NCBI GenBank assembly: GCA_012295275.1
Contig: CM022673.1
Coordinates: 3,472,001-3,536,000, forward strand
From: Chrysomallon squamiferum
Lineage: Eukaryota > Animalia > Mollusca
DNA: 64,000 nucleotides
Direction: 5' to 3'
Below the pieces are notes generated by a model. That model had not been told where the DNA came from, did no database searches, and worked only from the letters and a program-made list of their open reading frames with translations. The position numbers were made by a program, and so were the translations under genes. This document shows positions 25,870 to 40,693 of the stretch, piece by piece (the first letter of the stretch is position 1; the number at the start of each line of letters is the position of its first letter).

Positions 25870-28400
25870 AGTTAAGAACACAAATAACAGTTGTAACTGA
25901 GATAGTCGTATTGTTCCCTACTCTGTTTGTATTCAGATTAGACGTATATTTATTGCAGCTCGGACATCGAAATGAAAACCACTATTAACGATTACTGGAA
26001 GACAATGTCCATTCACACGCTTGCGGACAGTGCCTAATATCGGGTCAGCAGGAGAACAATGCTATTCCTCTGCCAGCACCGCGGAGGTCGGTTATAATAA
26101 TGGAACAATGGGTAGATAAAAGCCAGTTCTCTGGGGAATCAATTTGATTGATGTATCGACGCTGATCGCATACGAAATATACCTGCTTATCCACTGGACC
26201 ATTGTTTAGCAAATAATCGGTATGTTAAGAAATATATAAAAAAAAAAAAAAAATGCCACGCTCAAACCCCATTACATGGGTATGAAATATTAACAGAGAT
26301 CCGATGCGGCCATTGCCAGATAATGGCGTGCTCTGCTAAATCGATAGGTCCGTCCGTCTTGGGTATTTTATGAAGTCTCGGTTCAATTAAGTTGGCAGGC
26401 AAATTGTGATCGGTCAAATGAAGAAAGGAACAATGAAATCAGCGAGCTGTAATTGAATTATGTTTCGCTGTTAAACTGTCTTCTACAAAGGAAAGAAAGA
26501 ATAATAATCACAATTATAAAGTTTGGTTTAAAAATTCATTCATCTCCCGTCCATGCGCTATGTTTGACATATGCTGTATGTGAAACTGGAATTTTCATCT
26601 TGGCTAAGTAAGATTTGGTTGACAGAAAAAACGGTTTATCTTTCTTCTTCTTTTATTTCTTTCTTTCTGCCCCGTATCCCTTGATTAATGAGAATGTACT
26701 CTTTCCTGTCAGTAAAAAAGCTAATTTTAAAAATAAATAAATAAATGGGTTGCTGTTAAAAGGAAAATTTTAGTAGAACATTATTGGACTATATGGTAAT
26801 AAACGACCAAATTTATCATGTAGATCTTCAATAATTCTGTATTGAGCTATTACATTCCATGTTGTCGTCTACCAAAATTATTTTATAGATTTTCGATAAG
26901 CCCGCAGTAAACCACTAAAATCCATAAGGTATTTTGATAGTCTACTCCCAACTTCCCATCATCTAACCCAGCTGCCAAATCAATCACAGCAAAATGTCTC
27001 CATGGCACCATTGCATTCCATGCCACCAAATCCATCTGATATTATTTTAAAATGACATTATCCACATGTCTTTGTGTAGAAGCTTCACGGCCGATTTGTT
27101 ACATTATTCTCCTGTCATATCTAATTAACACTTAGGGACGTTGAACACAAAATGGCTTTTTATTTCCCAGTCTTTCCTCAATGACCAGATTTGATATACG
27201 TTTCGTTAACTTGTAAAAAAAAAAGACGCAGAGGTATAAGACAAAGATTACAGTAAAATTTCCATTAGATGTTGTCATTACAATATGTGATCTTTGACGT
27301 TTTCAAGGTTGATCCAAAGCAAACAAAAAAAGTAAAAAAGAGAGAAGTGATTTGTAGAAAGTCTTGTTAATGATGGCAATAAAATTACGCTTGAATGATT
27401 TTTGCTTTTTTTTTTTAATTTTGAAGAAACAAAAATATATTTTTTTCAAATTTTTAGTTTTAAATCAATATTTTTATTTTTCATAATAATCTGATGTTCA
27501 TTAATGCTTGATAAAGTATACAAAAAAATATATATATAAAATACCTCAAAGATAAATAGAAATAAAAAATAAAAAATAATAATGAGGAAATCGTGTTTCA
27601 GTAACGTTAACATTGAGGCGAATCAAATTAGTGATCCCTGGAGTAGCTTTCGCTCGATCCGTTAATGAACGACAACACAAATTAAAGATTTTTTGATAAA
27701 ACGGAATCAGCAACAGCGAGCTGGAATCCAGTTATAAACCGAGGAATTCCATCAAACATAAACAAGCAAAGCCAAGGATTAACTATACTGCGTTAATAAA
27801 TTTAAAAGTTAAAGATGAAATAATATTTTGGGGTTGTTGTTGTTGTTTTTTTTTTTTTTCATTTTTAGAAGAAGGAAAAAAAAGGAAAAACATACAGTTG
27901 CTGAAATGTTTAACGAAATAAGAACAAATTAGATTGTTTTAATCAAATAATAAATTATATTTTTTTTTAAATTCTTTTTTTTAAAGTCACTTAGCGATAA
28001 ATTAGATTAGAAAAGGTCTGAATAGGGAAAGCTCGTTTGTTATGACTGGGTAGACTTCGTTGGAACAGATACTGGCGGTTAAAAGCAACGAATCGTTCAT
28101 TTACGCTTTCATGCTAACACGAATTTAATCTACAAATGAAGACCGAGCTTTCAAATTAATATGATTGATGCAAATATTTATTTCACTACTGAGGCGAGAT
28201 ATGTCTGAGGATAACTCAAACACAGAGTACATGCCCTCCAAAGAGTTGTTAACAACCGATGAATCAATGCTGGAGAATCAAATGCCCAACTGTATTATGT
28301 TAAAACCTGTTACCGATCCATTTAAAAATGTTCATTGGAAACAAGTTGTTCTTTCAGAAAAATACTTCCACTTAAAAATAAAAAATAAAATAATAATAGC

Positions 28401-28472
<72 letters not shown>

Positions 28473-29377
28473 AATAAATAAATAAATAAATATATAAATA
28501 AATAAATAAATATATAAATAAACAAATCAAATTAATAATAATAACTTTTATTGGGAGAAAAGACGCTCAGAAGTCTTTATTTGTTTTAGTTATCATAAGA
28601 AAACCAGTAAACTCAATTATCAGTTGAGAGAAAACACAAACGCGTGTAGCTTTCGTTATCCGTATTCTAAATCAAAATTATGAGTAAACAAACGGGAAAT
28701 ATTTTCTCAAGTTTTCCTACACGTGTTGGAAAAATCAGGAAATGAGACAGAAAATGAACGAAGAGAATTAAACCCACAGCTGTCTTAGCGAGAAGGGACC
28801 GTCCACACTCAACCATTCTCCTTCTGCAGCAGAAGTCGAAGTAAAAATCAGAATAACTGAGCGCGTTAACATTGTTGACGCGAACCTTTCAAAAACAAGA
28901 TTTCCAGAGCTTGGACTCAAACAAAAGAGATTTCAGTGTAATTAGTCGTACGAAGACACTTTGATCAATGATGTCAGTTCCATTTCTGGGCCCAGCTATA
29001 GCTTTACGAAACCAAAGAAAAGCATTCATTCCGAAGATGTTGCCAAGACGAAAGAGGTCATCTTAGAACCACGGCTGAATGGATGAAATTCATTAAAGGA
29101 GACACAAACTCTGGCTGATATGTTCGACGTCTGCGCGCTTAGACAAATACTGAAACAACGTCTTCGATGTTTCAGACGATATCAAAACTGCAGCTGCTTA
29201 ATCTCAAGGGACACTTGTCACTTTATGTCAAGTCCTTTTATTAACAGCGATCAGTTTTCTTCCAACAGAACGTGATAAATATGTCACAAGTGAATAACTG
29301 TGCTGTGACAAGAACATTCTGTAGCTGAAGGTTTGAAATGAGGAGATGACTGTACAGAATGTTTTGTTTGTTAAATA

Positions 29378-29646
29378 AATATCGCATATCGGAAAATGAA
29401 ATGTAGGATATGCAATAACCTGACCATATGCTGCTTTCAGTATCATACTATGGTTATGATTATTATTATTGTTGTTGTTGTTGCTGCTGCTGGTTGTGCT
29501 ACTGTTGCTGTTAATGTCATTTTTGTTGTTGCTGCTGTTGTTGTTATTGTTTTGTTGTTCCTACTGCTGCTGCTTTTGAAGTAGTTAATGTTGTTCTCGT
29601 TTTGTTTGTTTGTTTTGTTTTTTTACTTTTGTGTTTACTGCTATTG

Positions 29647-29719
<73 letters not shown>

Positions 29720-29769
29720 ACTGATGTCGCTACTGTTATTATTATTATTGCAATACTTCTCTTGCTGAG
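29378..29769. repeat. Left arm of a ~400-bp inverted repeat
   Basis: Reverse complement of 30911-31330, including the unique portion (aatatcgcatatcg...tgaccatatgctgct) and the (GTT/GCT)n and (CT)n tracts. Few substitutions. Confidence 0.93.
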
Positions 29770-30334
29770 CGCTGGGAATTTTGCATTTTGTTGTAAGAAA
29801 CAAATATCTTCGACCTAAACTAAATCAACTAAAGCAACAAAAGTTGTATGAATGTCTAAGTGCAATTTTGTTTTCTTCTTCATCTCCCCCCACCCCCAAC
29901 TAAAGATTTTCAGAACAACCGTTAATGATAATATTCTGCACTTCATGATTAGATATGGTCGGAAAAGCGCGATCATTAAGCCCGGAAGTTTCCGGCTTTT
30001 GAATTTCCATGACGTCAGAATATTGTATCTGGCGGAATTCTCCGAACGTACATCACTGGTAACTGCCAATTAAACGCATTTTCTTATTGCAGTCGATGTA
30101 GATGCTTTGCAAATACGATAAAATTAACACTTTTTATCACTTCCTGCAGGGAAAGTCATTTTGGCACTTCCAGAGCACAAGAATGTGTCGGAGAGATTTT
30201 GAAATACAAATCTAAAAATCTTGAAACAGATCTAAGAATATTACATTGCGGGATATTGTGTCGATTCTCCTTTTATTGACGTTTAATCGGTCATTCCTTT
30301 TAACTGAGCTAATTACTTTGTTCCTTTGTCTATA

Positions 30335-30412
<78 letters not shown>

Positions 30413-30910
30413 ACCCAACAGAAGTAACTAGAAAAGGTTAAACAAAAAACTAATAGAACAACACCAAGAGAGATTGAACGACTAATTAACGTTTCTTTAT
30501 CATTTATCTCTCACACATTCACTCTCTCTGAAAGCGTATATCATTTTGTGTGTATGTACAAATACAGTTCTTTTCATAACAAGGCTGTTTGATAATGAAC
30601 TACTGTGGCTTTCATGCTATGTAAATGTCCATCTGACTTTATTTATCCCTTATAGTTATTAAATAAAATGAACATAAATAATAAATAAAACACAGTATAT
30701 CCAGTTTTCATCTCAGGTGTGGATAATAAAAAAACATAAATAATGCAGCTAGCGTGTTCCACAACGAACAAAATTAATTAAGTTGTCAGATCCCTAAAAA
30801 TCTAATTCTGTTGATCAAAATAAATCTCAGAAAAAAAAAACAAGAAAAAAAATATATATTCGTGATTTATTTATTTGTTGTCATCGGTGAAAGAAATAAA
30901 CGTCTGTGCT

Positions 30911-31330
<420 letters not shown>

Positions 31331-31403
31331 CTTAAACTCCTTCCTCTCTCTTTCTTTCTTCCTTTTTCTCTCTCAAACACACACACTCTCTCTTTCTTTC
31401 TCC

Positions 31404-31443
<40 letters not shown>

Positions 31444-31779
31444 CTCCTTCTTCTCTTTCTTTCTCTTTCTCTCTCAAACACAAACACACACACACACTCT
31501 CTCTTTCTTTCTCCCTCTTTCTCTCTCTTTCTCTCTCTCTCTCTTAAACTCCTTCCTCTCTCTTTCTTTCTTCCTTTTTCTCTCTCAAACACACACACTC
31601 TCTTTCTTTCTCCCTCTTTCTCTCTCTTTCTCTCTCTCTCTCTTAAACTCCTTGCTCTCTTTCTTTCTCTTTCTCTCTCAAACACAAACAAACACACACA
31701 CACTCTCTCTCTCTCTCTCTCTTAAACTCCTTCCTCTCATTCTTTCTCTTTCTCTCTCAAACACAAACATACACACACA

Positions 31780-31815
<36 letters not shown>

Positions 31816-31980
31816 ATCTATCTATCTGTTAAACTCTTGCCTCTAACTTTTTCTGTCTTCCTCTTTCTCTCTAAAACACAAACACACTCTCTCTTTTTCT
31901 CTATCTATCTGTCTATCTGTTAAACTCGTTCCTCTCTTTCTTTTTTCTTCCTCTTTCTCTCTCAAACACAAATACACACA
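31331..31980. repeat. Compound pyrimidine-rich minisatellite (~100-bp unit)
   Basis: Recurring (c/g)ttaaactc...ctctctcaaacac anchors at ~31331, 31438, 31543, 31642, 31721, 31828 and 31919. Confidence 0.8.
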
Positions 31981-32012
31981 CACACAAACACACACACACA
32001 CAAACACACACA

Positions 32013-32058
<46 letters not shown>

Positions 32059-32828
32059 TAATCATGTTAATGATTTCCAGGAAACTAATTACGCTTTATG
32101 TTTTTTACAGCTTTTAAAAATTTCAGTCCCATATCATGTTTCCTGTTGATGCCGCAGGGAATTGTTAATATATTAATACGTTTCAGATCAAACATATGTC
32201 TCCTTACATTCACACTTGCGGTTTCAGAACAAAAACATATGCCACTTAACAAACACGAAAACCAGATCATTGGTCCAGCAGGGAACGAGTTACGCACGGA
32301 CAAAACAAAACAAATAATATCAACTGTTTGCACGTGTGCGTGCAGCTAATATACCAACACGTTATGAACACGCAGTTTTGAATTTTTGATTAACAAAACC
32401 AATTAGGTAATTTGTTCATAGTAATGATATTTATTACATTTTGTACAGCACTCTTGCAATAACGAGTGAGATATCTAAATTACTTTCTGTTCTAGACGGT
32501 GTTCATGTGTCTTCTACTACCAGAGTGTGTTGTTAAATGGATGGTTCTGGGATTTAGGTGCTGTAACAGTAAAATGGTAAAAATAAGCCCGGGGATGAAT
32601 TCTAAGGGTTTTTTTCGCCTGTATATTTGTATGAATAAAGTTTATGGTGTTACGTAATGTAACAAGCATTTATTTACTACTTTCTTTTTCAACTCAACCT
32701 GTATTCTTCAAGTTTACCTACGACATACAAACATTCACACAAAGATGTATATGTATAGTTAAACATATGTATATATATATATATATGTAAGTATGTGTGT
32801 GTATATTTACATATTATTCATATGCACT

Positions 32829-32876
<48 letters not shown>

Positions 32877-33954
32877 TTGTATATTACCAAAACACACCCA
32901 CAGAAAACCTTTGAATTATTAAAAGCAGTCTATTTTTAGGGTCAGACAATGCAAGTGTTTATAAGGTAATTTCTAAAGGAGAGCTGTAAACACTGTCGTT
33001 ATGTACATTACTGCCAGGCTTCATTTAACTCATTCACTTTTCTCGCGACAAACCTTGCGTTCTACTTTCACACAGACACTGTTGAACACACAAGCTTTGT
33101 ATGTAGTTCTTTTTTTTTTTTTTTACATTCTTCGTCTCACTTCTCAAACATCAGTACATGGATCTGAACAGGCGTAACGGTAATGTATTGTGTAAAAATG
33201 TTGTTATGAAAAAAAACCATCTTTGTTTGTCAATTCCGTCCATATATTTTCTACGACAGCGAGTGCAAATGTTTTCAGTTTGCAATTCAGCATTTGTCTG
33301 TTTTACGAGAGACTACGGTTGTCTGGGTACAACGACATGCGCCACAGAACAGCTCTTATTGTTAATAATTTGGTAGCAATACTGTGTTTTGAAACTTAAT
33401 CGTTTACCCAGTGCTATGTGAATGATATCTCAATGACGTATCACGGACATAAATATTTGATCGCGTACAGTAATGGTATTTATACGTTATTCTTTAATCC
33501 TGTAATTCAATAACTATTAAAAGAGCAGTTTGTGAAAATTGATACCATTCTGTTTATAACCTTTATGAGCTGGCGCATATTCCTGAATGAACTAAAAAGC
33601 TAATAAAACAGAATATTTGCTTTTAAATGAGCACTATGAATAACTAATCTTTAGGGAACGGGTTTGTATTGCAATCAAATGATCCCATTCTACGTCATAG
33701 AAATTTCTAGACTGCTTAAGAATGAATTCGACTTTTAGCATGTCTCCTCTTCTTCTTAGATATAATGAATATCGCAAGGACAGTATCATATCTTTGACTT
33801 AGTATATAATCATCATCAAAATAATATCATTCCCATCATTTAATTATTACCACGTCATTATACCATACAATCATCATAATATCAATTACCATCAGCTAAT
33901 CATCGTGATAATTATTCTTTGATAACTTTTAACTAAACTAGAAGTTTGACAATT

Positions 33955-34478
33955 TTAAACACTACTTACACAGACTGTGCCGTCTTTTCTCGTTGCTAAA
34001 ACCTTGCCACTCCGCCACACGTAACGAATTTGGTCTTTTTCCTCTTTCTCGGCGCTCTCCGCCTCGCTCTTGTGTTTGTGCAGCTTGCCGCCTTTGAACA
34101 GCATCTTGAACCTCTCCTTCCTGCATGGCGACTTCTCCGCCACGTGGCTGACATCGCACTCGACGTCGGCTTCCTTGGTGGACCTGGAGGAGTAGCTGAT
34201 GTCCAACAACGGCTCCACCGTCAGCTCGACGTCGTGGGAGCAGTGGCTCGCCGTCGTGGAGCACGGGGTATCCGAGGGGTTGTCCGGAGTTGTGTTGCAC
34301 TCGACCGATCGCCCGCTGGCGCTGTCAGGGGAGGTAATCAGAGGCCAGTGAGCGTTTTCGATTGTCGATCTTGACCAGCTTGAGGACTCTCCGCTAGGTG
34401 ACGCGGCTAGTTCTATGGAAAACTTCGGGTATGACAGCGCTTCTCCGTATGGAGGCGGTGGCAACTGGGTTTTGATCC
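33955..34478 (-). CDS. Terminal coding exon of an uncharacterised protein with a PPPPY motif and C-terminal -VSSV
   Basis: GC-rich island with coding-like codon usage in AT-rich surroundings. Acceptor ttttattttcacacag|GG (phase 1), open to TAA at 33955-33957. Candidate poly(A) signal AATAAA on (-) at 32669-32674. Confidence 0.75.
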
Positions 34479-35644
34479 CTGTGTGAAAATAAAACAAACT
34501 GTTATAATAAATAATAATTAAACTGATATAAATATATATTTATTTTGTTATATTACGTTATTAATATTTAAATAATAAACCACTAGTGTTACAATATCAT
34601 TAACATTGTTTTTTCACGGTAGATGAAAAGGAATTATGACGGTATTTACGATAAATATTTAATAATTTTTAACCAAAACAGAAAAATAAACCCGATAAGC
34701 TCATTAAAATAATTCTAAAAACTCTGTCTGTTATATTTAGCAATTTCCCATATAAAGGATTATAATCAAGTTTGCCTGTGAAATTGCTGTACAATCGCTA
34801 ACAACACACGTCGTTTTTATGTGCATCCATGTAAACAGTTTATGTCTCAACTAAATAAATAAATACACATAAAAGCCAATTTTAGAAATACGATTTTAGA
34901 AACTGATAAAAAGAATAGAAGAAATATTCGTTATAAATTAACAGCAACAAGTGCAATAGAATAACATCAGTGATAAAGACGTTGACGACGATGATATATA
35001 AATAAATAAATCAGAATAACAAAAGTGATTAAGACGTTGATGACGATGATATATAAATAAATAAATCCCCTTAAAAAGAAAAACAAAATACGTACAGTAA
35101 ACTATTGACCACCCGACGTTCATTTGAACAAAACAGTTATGAAAAACAGAAACGTACTATGAATCACTATCCGAACTAAAAATATTCAGAGATCAATAAA
35201 ACAACGAACAAACAGCTTGTGAACATTTCACAATTTGCTTGAATCCTTTAAAATCGTTGATGTTTGTTTTCATTAACGTTATCGCTGGAACATATTGATA
35301 AACTTTCTGTCATTGGTTATTGGATGTCAAACTTTCATTAATTTCTTCTTTTTCCTCTTCTCCTTCTTTCAAATAATTATTGTCTGTGTGTAGATAACTG
35401 GCCATTAAATGTACGAGCAGTGAATTGTTCTGTAACCAGGACTACAGTATTGCAATAAGTAAGAGTACGTCAGAGATGTATTGACACGTATGAAATAACG
35501 AACAGTCGTCACTGAGCACGTATTAATAAACGTAATGTCTTTCTGTCGTACGGTTACTGTTTGAGATTCTGCTGGCCATACGATAATTTTTCACTGGATG
35601 ATCTTTCACTTGTGTGGGTGTGAGTGAGAGAGAGAGAGAGAGAG

Positions 35645-35686
<42 letters not shown>

Positions 35687-36554
35687 TGAGTGAGTGAGTG
35701 TGTGGGGGGAGTGAGTGAGTGAGTGAGTGAGTGTATGTGTGTGTGTGTGTTTGTGGGTGGGTGTGGGTGTGTGTGTGTGTGTGTGTGTGTTGGGTGTGGT
35801 GGAGTGAGTGACTGAGTGAGTGTGTGACGGGGGGAGTGAGTGAGTGAGTGAGTGTATGTGTGTGTGTATGTGGGTGTGGGTGGGTGTGTGTTGTGTGTGG
35901 TGTGTGGGGTGGGAGTGAGTGTATGTGTGTGTGTGTTTGTGTGGGTGTGTGGGTGCGCGAGTATTTCTGTGTGTTTGTTAGAGGTGTGGGGAGAGGTAGC
36001 TGTGACAGTTTAGGTGTGTGTGTCCAGATATGTATGTGTATTTCAGTTGTGTGTTGTATGTCTAGAAAAGTGGAGGAAATTCAACCTGTTAAATTAAGAT
36101 CTTTAATTTCATTCGTTTATCAAGAAAATGTTCCATTAACAATCTCCAAAAATATTCATCATGATGGCAGTGATGGTTTCCTTGACAACAACAGTAATAA
36201 CAGAAGGTTATCGGCAATCTGTCCTTTAAATCCGAATGTTTTAATTAACTGATCAGTTTACAGCACAAATAGTTACTTCATTTTGATTGCATAACAGATC
36301 CTAGCAGTTATTACCAGCTGTCTCTGTCGAATGAGAGGGCCAGCGTGTACGTCTGAAGCCTACGACATTTTCCAAATTTCATACCAGCTTTGTCAAACCG
36401 TAAGTAATCTTCCCAGGTCTGCGAATCTAATAAGGTCACTGAAGTGTGTTAAAATCGATAGCACGGAATGTTAAAGGAACAAAGACAGCATTGGACCTGA
36501 AGGCCTGGATATTGACTTCCATATCATCATATTCACCACCCCATTACCTTTTTA

Positions 36555-36660
<106 letters not shown>

Positions 36661-38790
36661 TCTCGTAATAGGAAACACATAAACACTATATCTGTCTGTA
36701 TCCGTTTATTTATTTAGGATTCTTTACGTTTTCACATGTAATCCTTTCCACCATTGAATGTATGTATGTATGTATGTATGTATGTATATATTCGTGAAAA
36801 TGTGAAAATACACTTCACTCAGGCATTTCGTAGTGAAGACATTTTTTGTTTTTGTTTTTTCAAATCAATATCTATCCAATGCTTATAATCGTGGTGTTCT
36901 ACGACGTCTGTAGTAAACAAAACAAAAAAATGCATTCTGTTGTCAACAATAAAACAACTCTCCGGTTATGAGAAAAGATCAAACAAAAATAAACACAAAA
37001 GATCATTCAGCTTTAACCTGTAGTGGTTTTGTTATTGTTGTTTTTATTATTTCATTATTTGTTAAGTTTTTTAGGGAAGTAGGGGTGCTAATTGAATAAT
37101 GGTTATTTTGTTTCTACTTTTCTTTAAATTTCTTTAATTTAAAATATATATATATTTTTTTGTTATATGTTTATTTATTTTTTTATTATTTTTATTAAAA
37201 AAAAATTCTGCTTTCGTGACATTTTGTTTAGTTTCTGATAGACCTAAATGTTCGCATACTACTCACAAAGTGGCTTGAGCGTTAATGGAAGCACCACCGA
37301 GATACGATCTTTCGACCCATGACTTCGCAGACGAATACCGTACGATGTGTTACAGCGTGTCCCGTGCTTTATTTATTTATTTCCTACCTGCACAACAGAG
37401 CATTCATCCTTGTTTTTACCAGCCAGCTGTTGGAGACGAATTACCGCACCCAAGCATGAAAATCAATTGTATGCCGTGAGAATAAGTAAACATAAAAACT
37501 AATATACTCGAAGCCAATATTGAAAAATTTAATATAACAGGGATATTTTCAACAACAGGAACAAAAAAAAAAAAAAAAAAATATTCACCCTAACAACGAC
37601 ATTAATTTCGAAACACATTCAGCTGTATAAATAAATTTGTATTTTCGTATTATGCACCTAATGTTTACGACCCCCACCGGGAAGTGGCGAAAATCGATAA
37701 TGTCGTTCAAGCGTGACAAAAATAGATTGTTTTGCGGTGCTTCGTCTTTGTTTCCTAACCTTGCGAAACGGTAAAAATTTGGCCAGACTTTCATTCCATT
37801 GACATCGACACCTCTGAAGCCGCGGAACTCATTTTCTAATCAAGCTGTAACCGTAGCAAGGCAAACAGGGCTTCGAAAGAGCAACGTCTAATGAAATTGC
37901 TCCAGCGGGTCTTTACTCCAATTACAACTACTCCGTGATGTTGTAACCATGGCAGGCAACCACATAAGAAGTTTCTTTGCACTTACGATAGTACATATCT
38001 GTGCACATTATTATTAGTATTAGCGGCAGTAATAACATTAGTATTGATTTACTGATGTTATTATTATTGCTGTTGTTTTTAGCGCGGCTGTTATTAAGTA
38101 CAGCCATTTTAATACTGCTGCTGCAGCTTCAGCTACAACATCTACAACTATAACCACCAATATTACACCACTAATAATACTACAATTACCATCACTACTA
38201 GAGCTGCTGCTGCTGCTACCACATCTGCATTTATTATTGCTAATGACGTTACTACAGTCATTACATTTTATCAGGACAGTGCTTCAGTTACTTCTCTTCA
38301 CCTTTCTGAACGAAGACGTCATTTTAGACTGTTTACGATCAGAACGTTTCGTTCACGCCTTCTTATTAAATTTAAAACCCTTTAATCTTTCCTACGTGAT
38401 AAGTACAGGAATAACGCTGTTTCTGCTATGTATGTTCTTCAGTTCCGCGTACGGTGATGCATACACGAAACCACTTTGCGAGCGCATCTTTTCAATTATT
38501 GACGCTCGCGCGTCCAGAAACGAGAGTTTTACTTAAAACAATCACGTGCAATTAGATTAAATCCTCCACGATATCTGTAAATTATGCATTCTTTATTAGG
38601 TGGCGAGTCGTCATCTCAAAAGCGTGTGCAGTAAATGGGCGACTGGGAATTGGCTGTAGGTTGAAATGTCATACAGAATAAAGGATACTGTTTCCACATA
38701 TGCTTGTTAGCCAGATTTGCAATGATTTTATTTATTGTTGTTTAACTAGTGTTACGAAACGTTTTGTGCACAGTACTGCTTTACATATAC

Positions 38791-39872
38791 CATTGGAAAA
38801 AAAGTCACAGAAAAAAGTCACAATTAAGTGTAGGAAAAAAGTCACAGGAAAAAAGTCACAAAATGTATGAGTTTGTAGAGTATTGAATGTGGCATCATAG
38901 TATGCATGGGGTAATTGTTAAGCTTATTGATTAGGCTACATTAACGAAAGGGGTTTCATATTGTGCAGGGGTGGTGAATTGTTACACTTATTAATTAGGC
39001 AGGATTAAAGAAAGAATCTGCACATTGGGTCTAGCTTGGGTTCAGCTTACAGATTGGGATACAGGAATTTGAGGATGGTGTCCTGCGAGCTGTCCTTGCT
39101 GTCTTCGGTTACAAATAAGGGATGCTTCTATCACCTGACACAAAGCACCTGGTGTAAGATTCAGGACTTAGGCTTGGGTCCACACTACACGGCCGATGCC
39201 TGTTCTGTGGTACGATGGGTGCTCTTGCCTTTTTGCCATTAGATCAAGTTGAGGAGGGTTTGGAACATGTAAAAGCTGTCATGCTGCAAGATCCACCTAA
39301 AGTCGAGGACTTGCTTACGTGCTTTGATCGTTCATACGTCAGTGGTTCTTTCCGACAGATTCAGCACACAGGCCCGGTGCTCAGCTCAGGTTGCACGTGT
39401 TCCACCAGTGTTTGCTCCTCTCCTGTGAAACGTTCATGACGCCACCATGAACAATAATCATCGTACGAACAACTTGTGTGAAGGTTGGAACAAGATGTTC
39501 TTCAACCTTGTGGGCTACTACCACCCACAACCTGGCGAATTATTGAATGGTTTCAATGTGAGCAGATGACAGTGGGCACCATCATCCAGCAGGACGTGGT
39601 TGGCAACCCACCTCGACGCCAGCTTCGTCGACGCTACGTCCAGCTGCAAGAGCGTCTGCGCAGCTTGTGTGTCGATCACCTTGAGAATCGCAAGACTGTG
39701 GCAGAATTTCTTAGTGGTATTCGGTGGAACATCCGTCTAGACCACCAACGTTAAAATCAAAGAACATGTGTTTCATCTATCTTTCATTTCTAATATATTT
39801 CTTAATTTTAATTTTAAAAAATTTGACTTTTTTTTTCCTGTGACTTATTTTCTGTGACGTTTTTTTCCAAAG
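38791..39872 (+). mobile_element. Internally deleted, decayed Mutator-like (MULE) DNA transposon
   Basis: TIRs built from GAAAAAAGTCAC subrepeats (38791-38862; reverse complement at ~39822-39872). Transposase remnants GCFYHLTQS (~39120), LAFLPLDQV and RTNNLCEGWN (39462-39491) are spread over several frames, with an in-frame TGA at 39426. No clear 9-bp TSD. Confidence 0.88.
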
Positions 39873-40648
39873 AATCACGAGATGTATGGCTGTTTTATGT
39901 ATGACATTGAGATATAAAATATCTTTAAAAATTTCACGATTTATTGGCAAACTTGGTACAAGTAAGTCAATCTGACGTGGATTCTAGAACACTCTTTCTT
40001 GATCATTTGAGCCAAGGTGGTTTAAAGTAGTCCAAAGGACACTGAGAAGAATAAGCATACGTAAATTATCTAAATCAAGATACCACATTTCAGTCTGCTG
40101 AAATCAGCTGCTACTTCTGACTTTAGAAAGTTTCCACAAGCCTTTCAGAACAAACTGCTGTGAAGAGCATCTGATTTAGTCACTCGATCAGTTTGAGTTG
40201 TCAGTCCCAAGTGTATCAGTGTAGCATGTTAAAGAATTAGCCATGAGCCGATCCTGTCATTTTCTAAGTACGTACAATTGTCAGGCTGACACTGCATTGT
40301 GGCCCACGTAAAATGTGAAAGTTAGAAACATATTCTGACCTGTGTAAAATGTAACATTTAATACTACATTGTGACTAAGTAAAATCTAAAATTAGAACTT
40401 TTGAATATTTTTTTTAATTTTAAAGTTAGAACTATATTTTGACCTCTATAGAACTGTACTTTGACAGATTTCAGTAAAATCTGGGAATGAAATTTCTCTT
40501 AGCAAAATCTGCATAGTGTGCATAGAGTCTTTAAAATAACGAATGATAAAAACAGGTTTTTAATTTATGAATTTGGATTTGGAAATCGTTCGCAAGTCGA
40601 TTACTTCTTTAATTTTTTCTTCTTCTTCGTTTTTGTTTTCTTTCGTTT

Positions 40649-40693
<45 letters not shown>

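Noticed and set aside
33962-34374. Overlapping alternative ORFs (112 aa on -, 114 aa on +) in the PPxY exon
   Set aside because: Expected by-products of a GC-rich exon with few stops. No independent signals.
37267-37480. Candidate coding exon (ORF MEAPPRYDL on +; donor gtgagt on -)
   Set aside because: The + ORF has no splice or homology support. The (-) phase-1 frame has an upstream stop, no ATG and no good acceptor.
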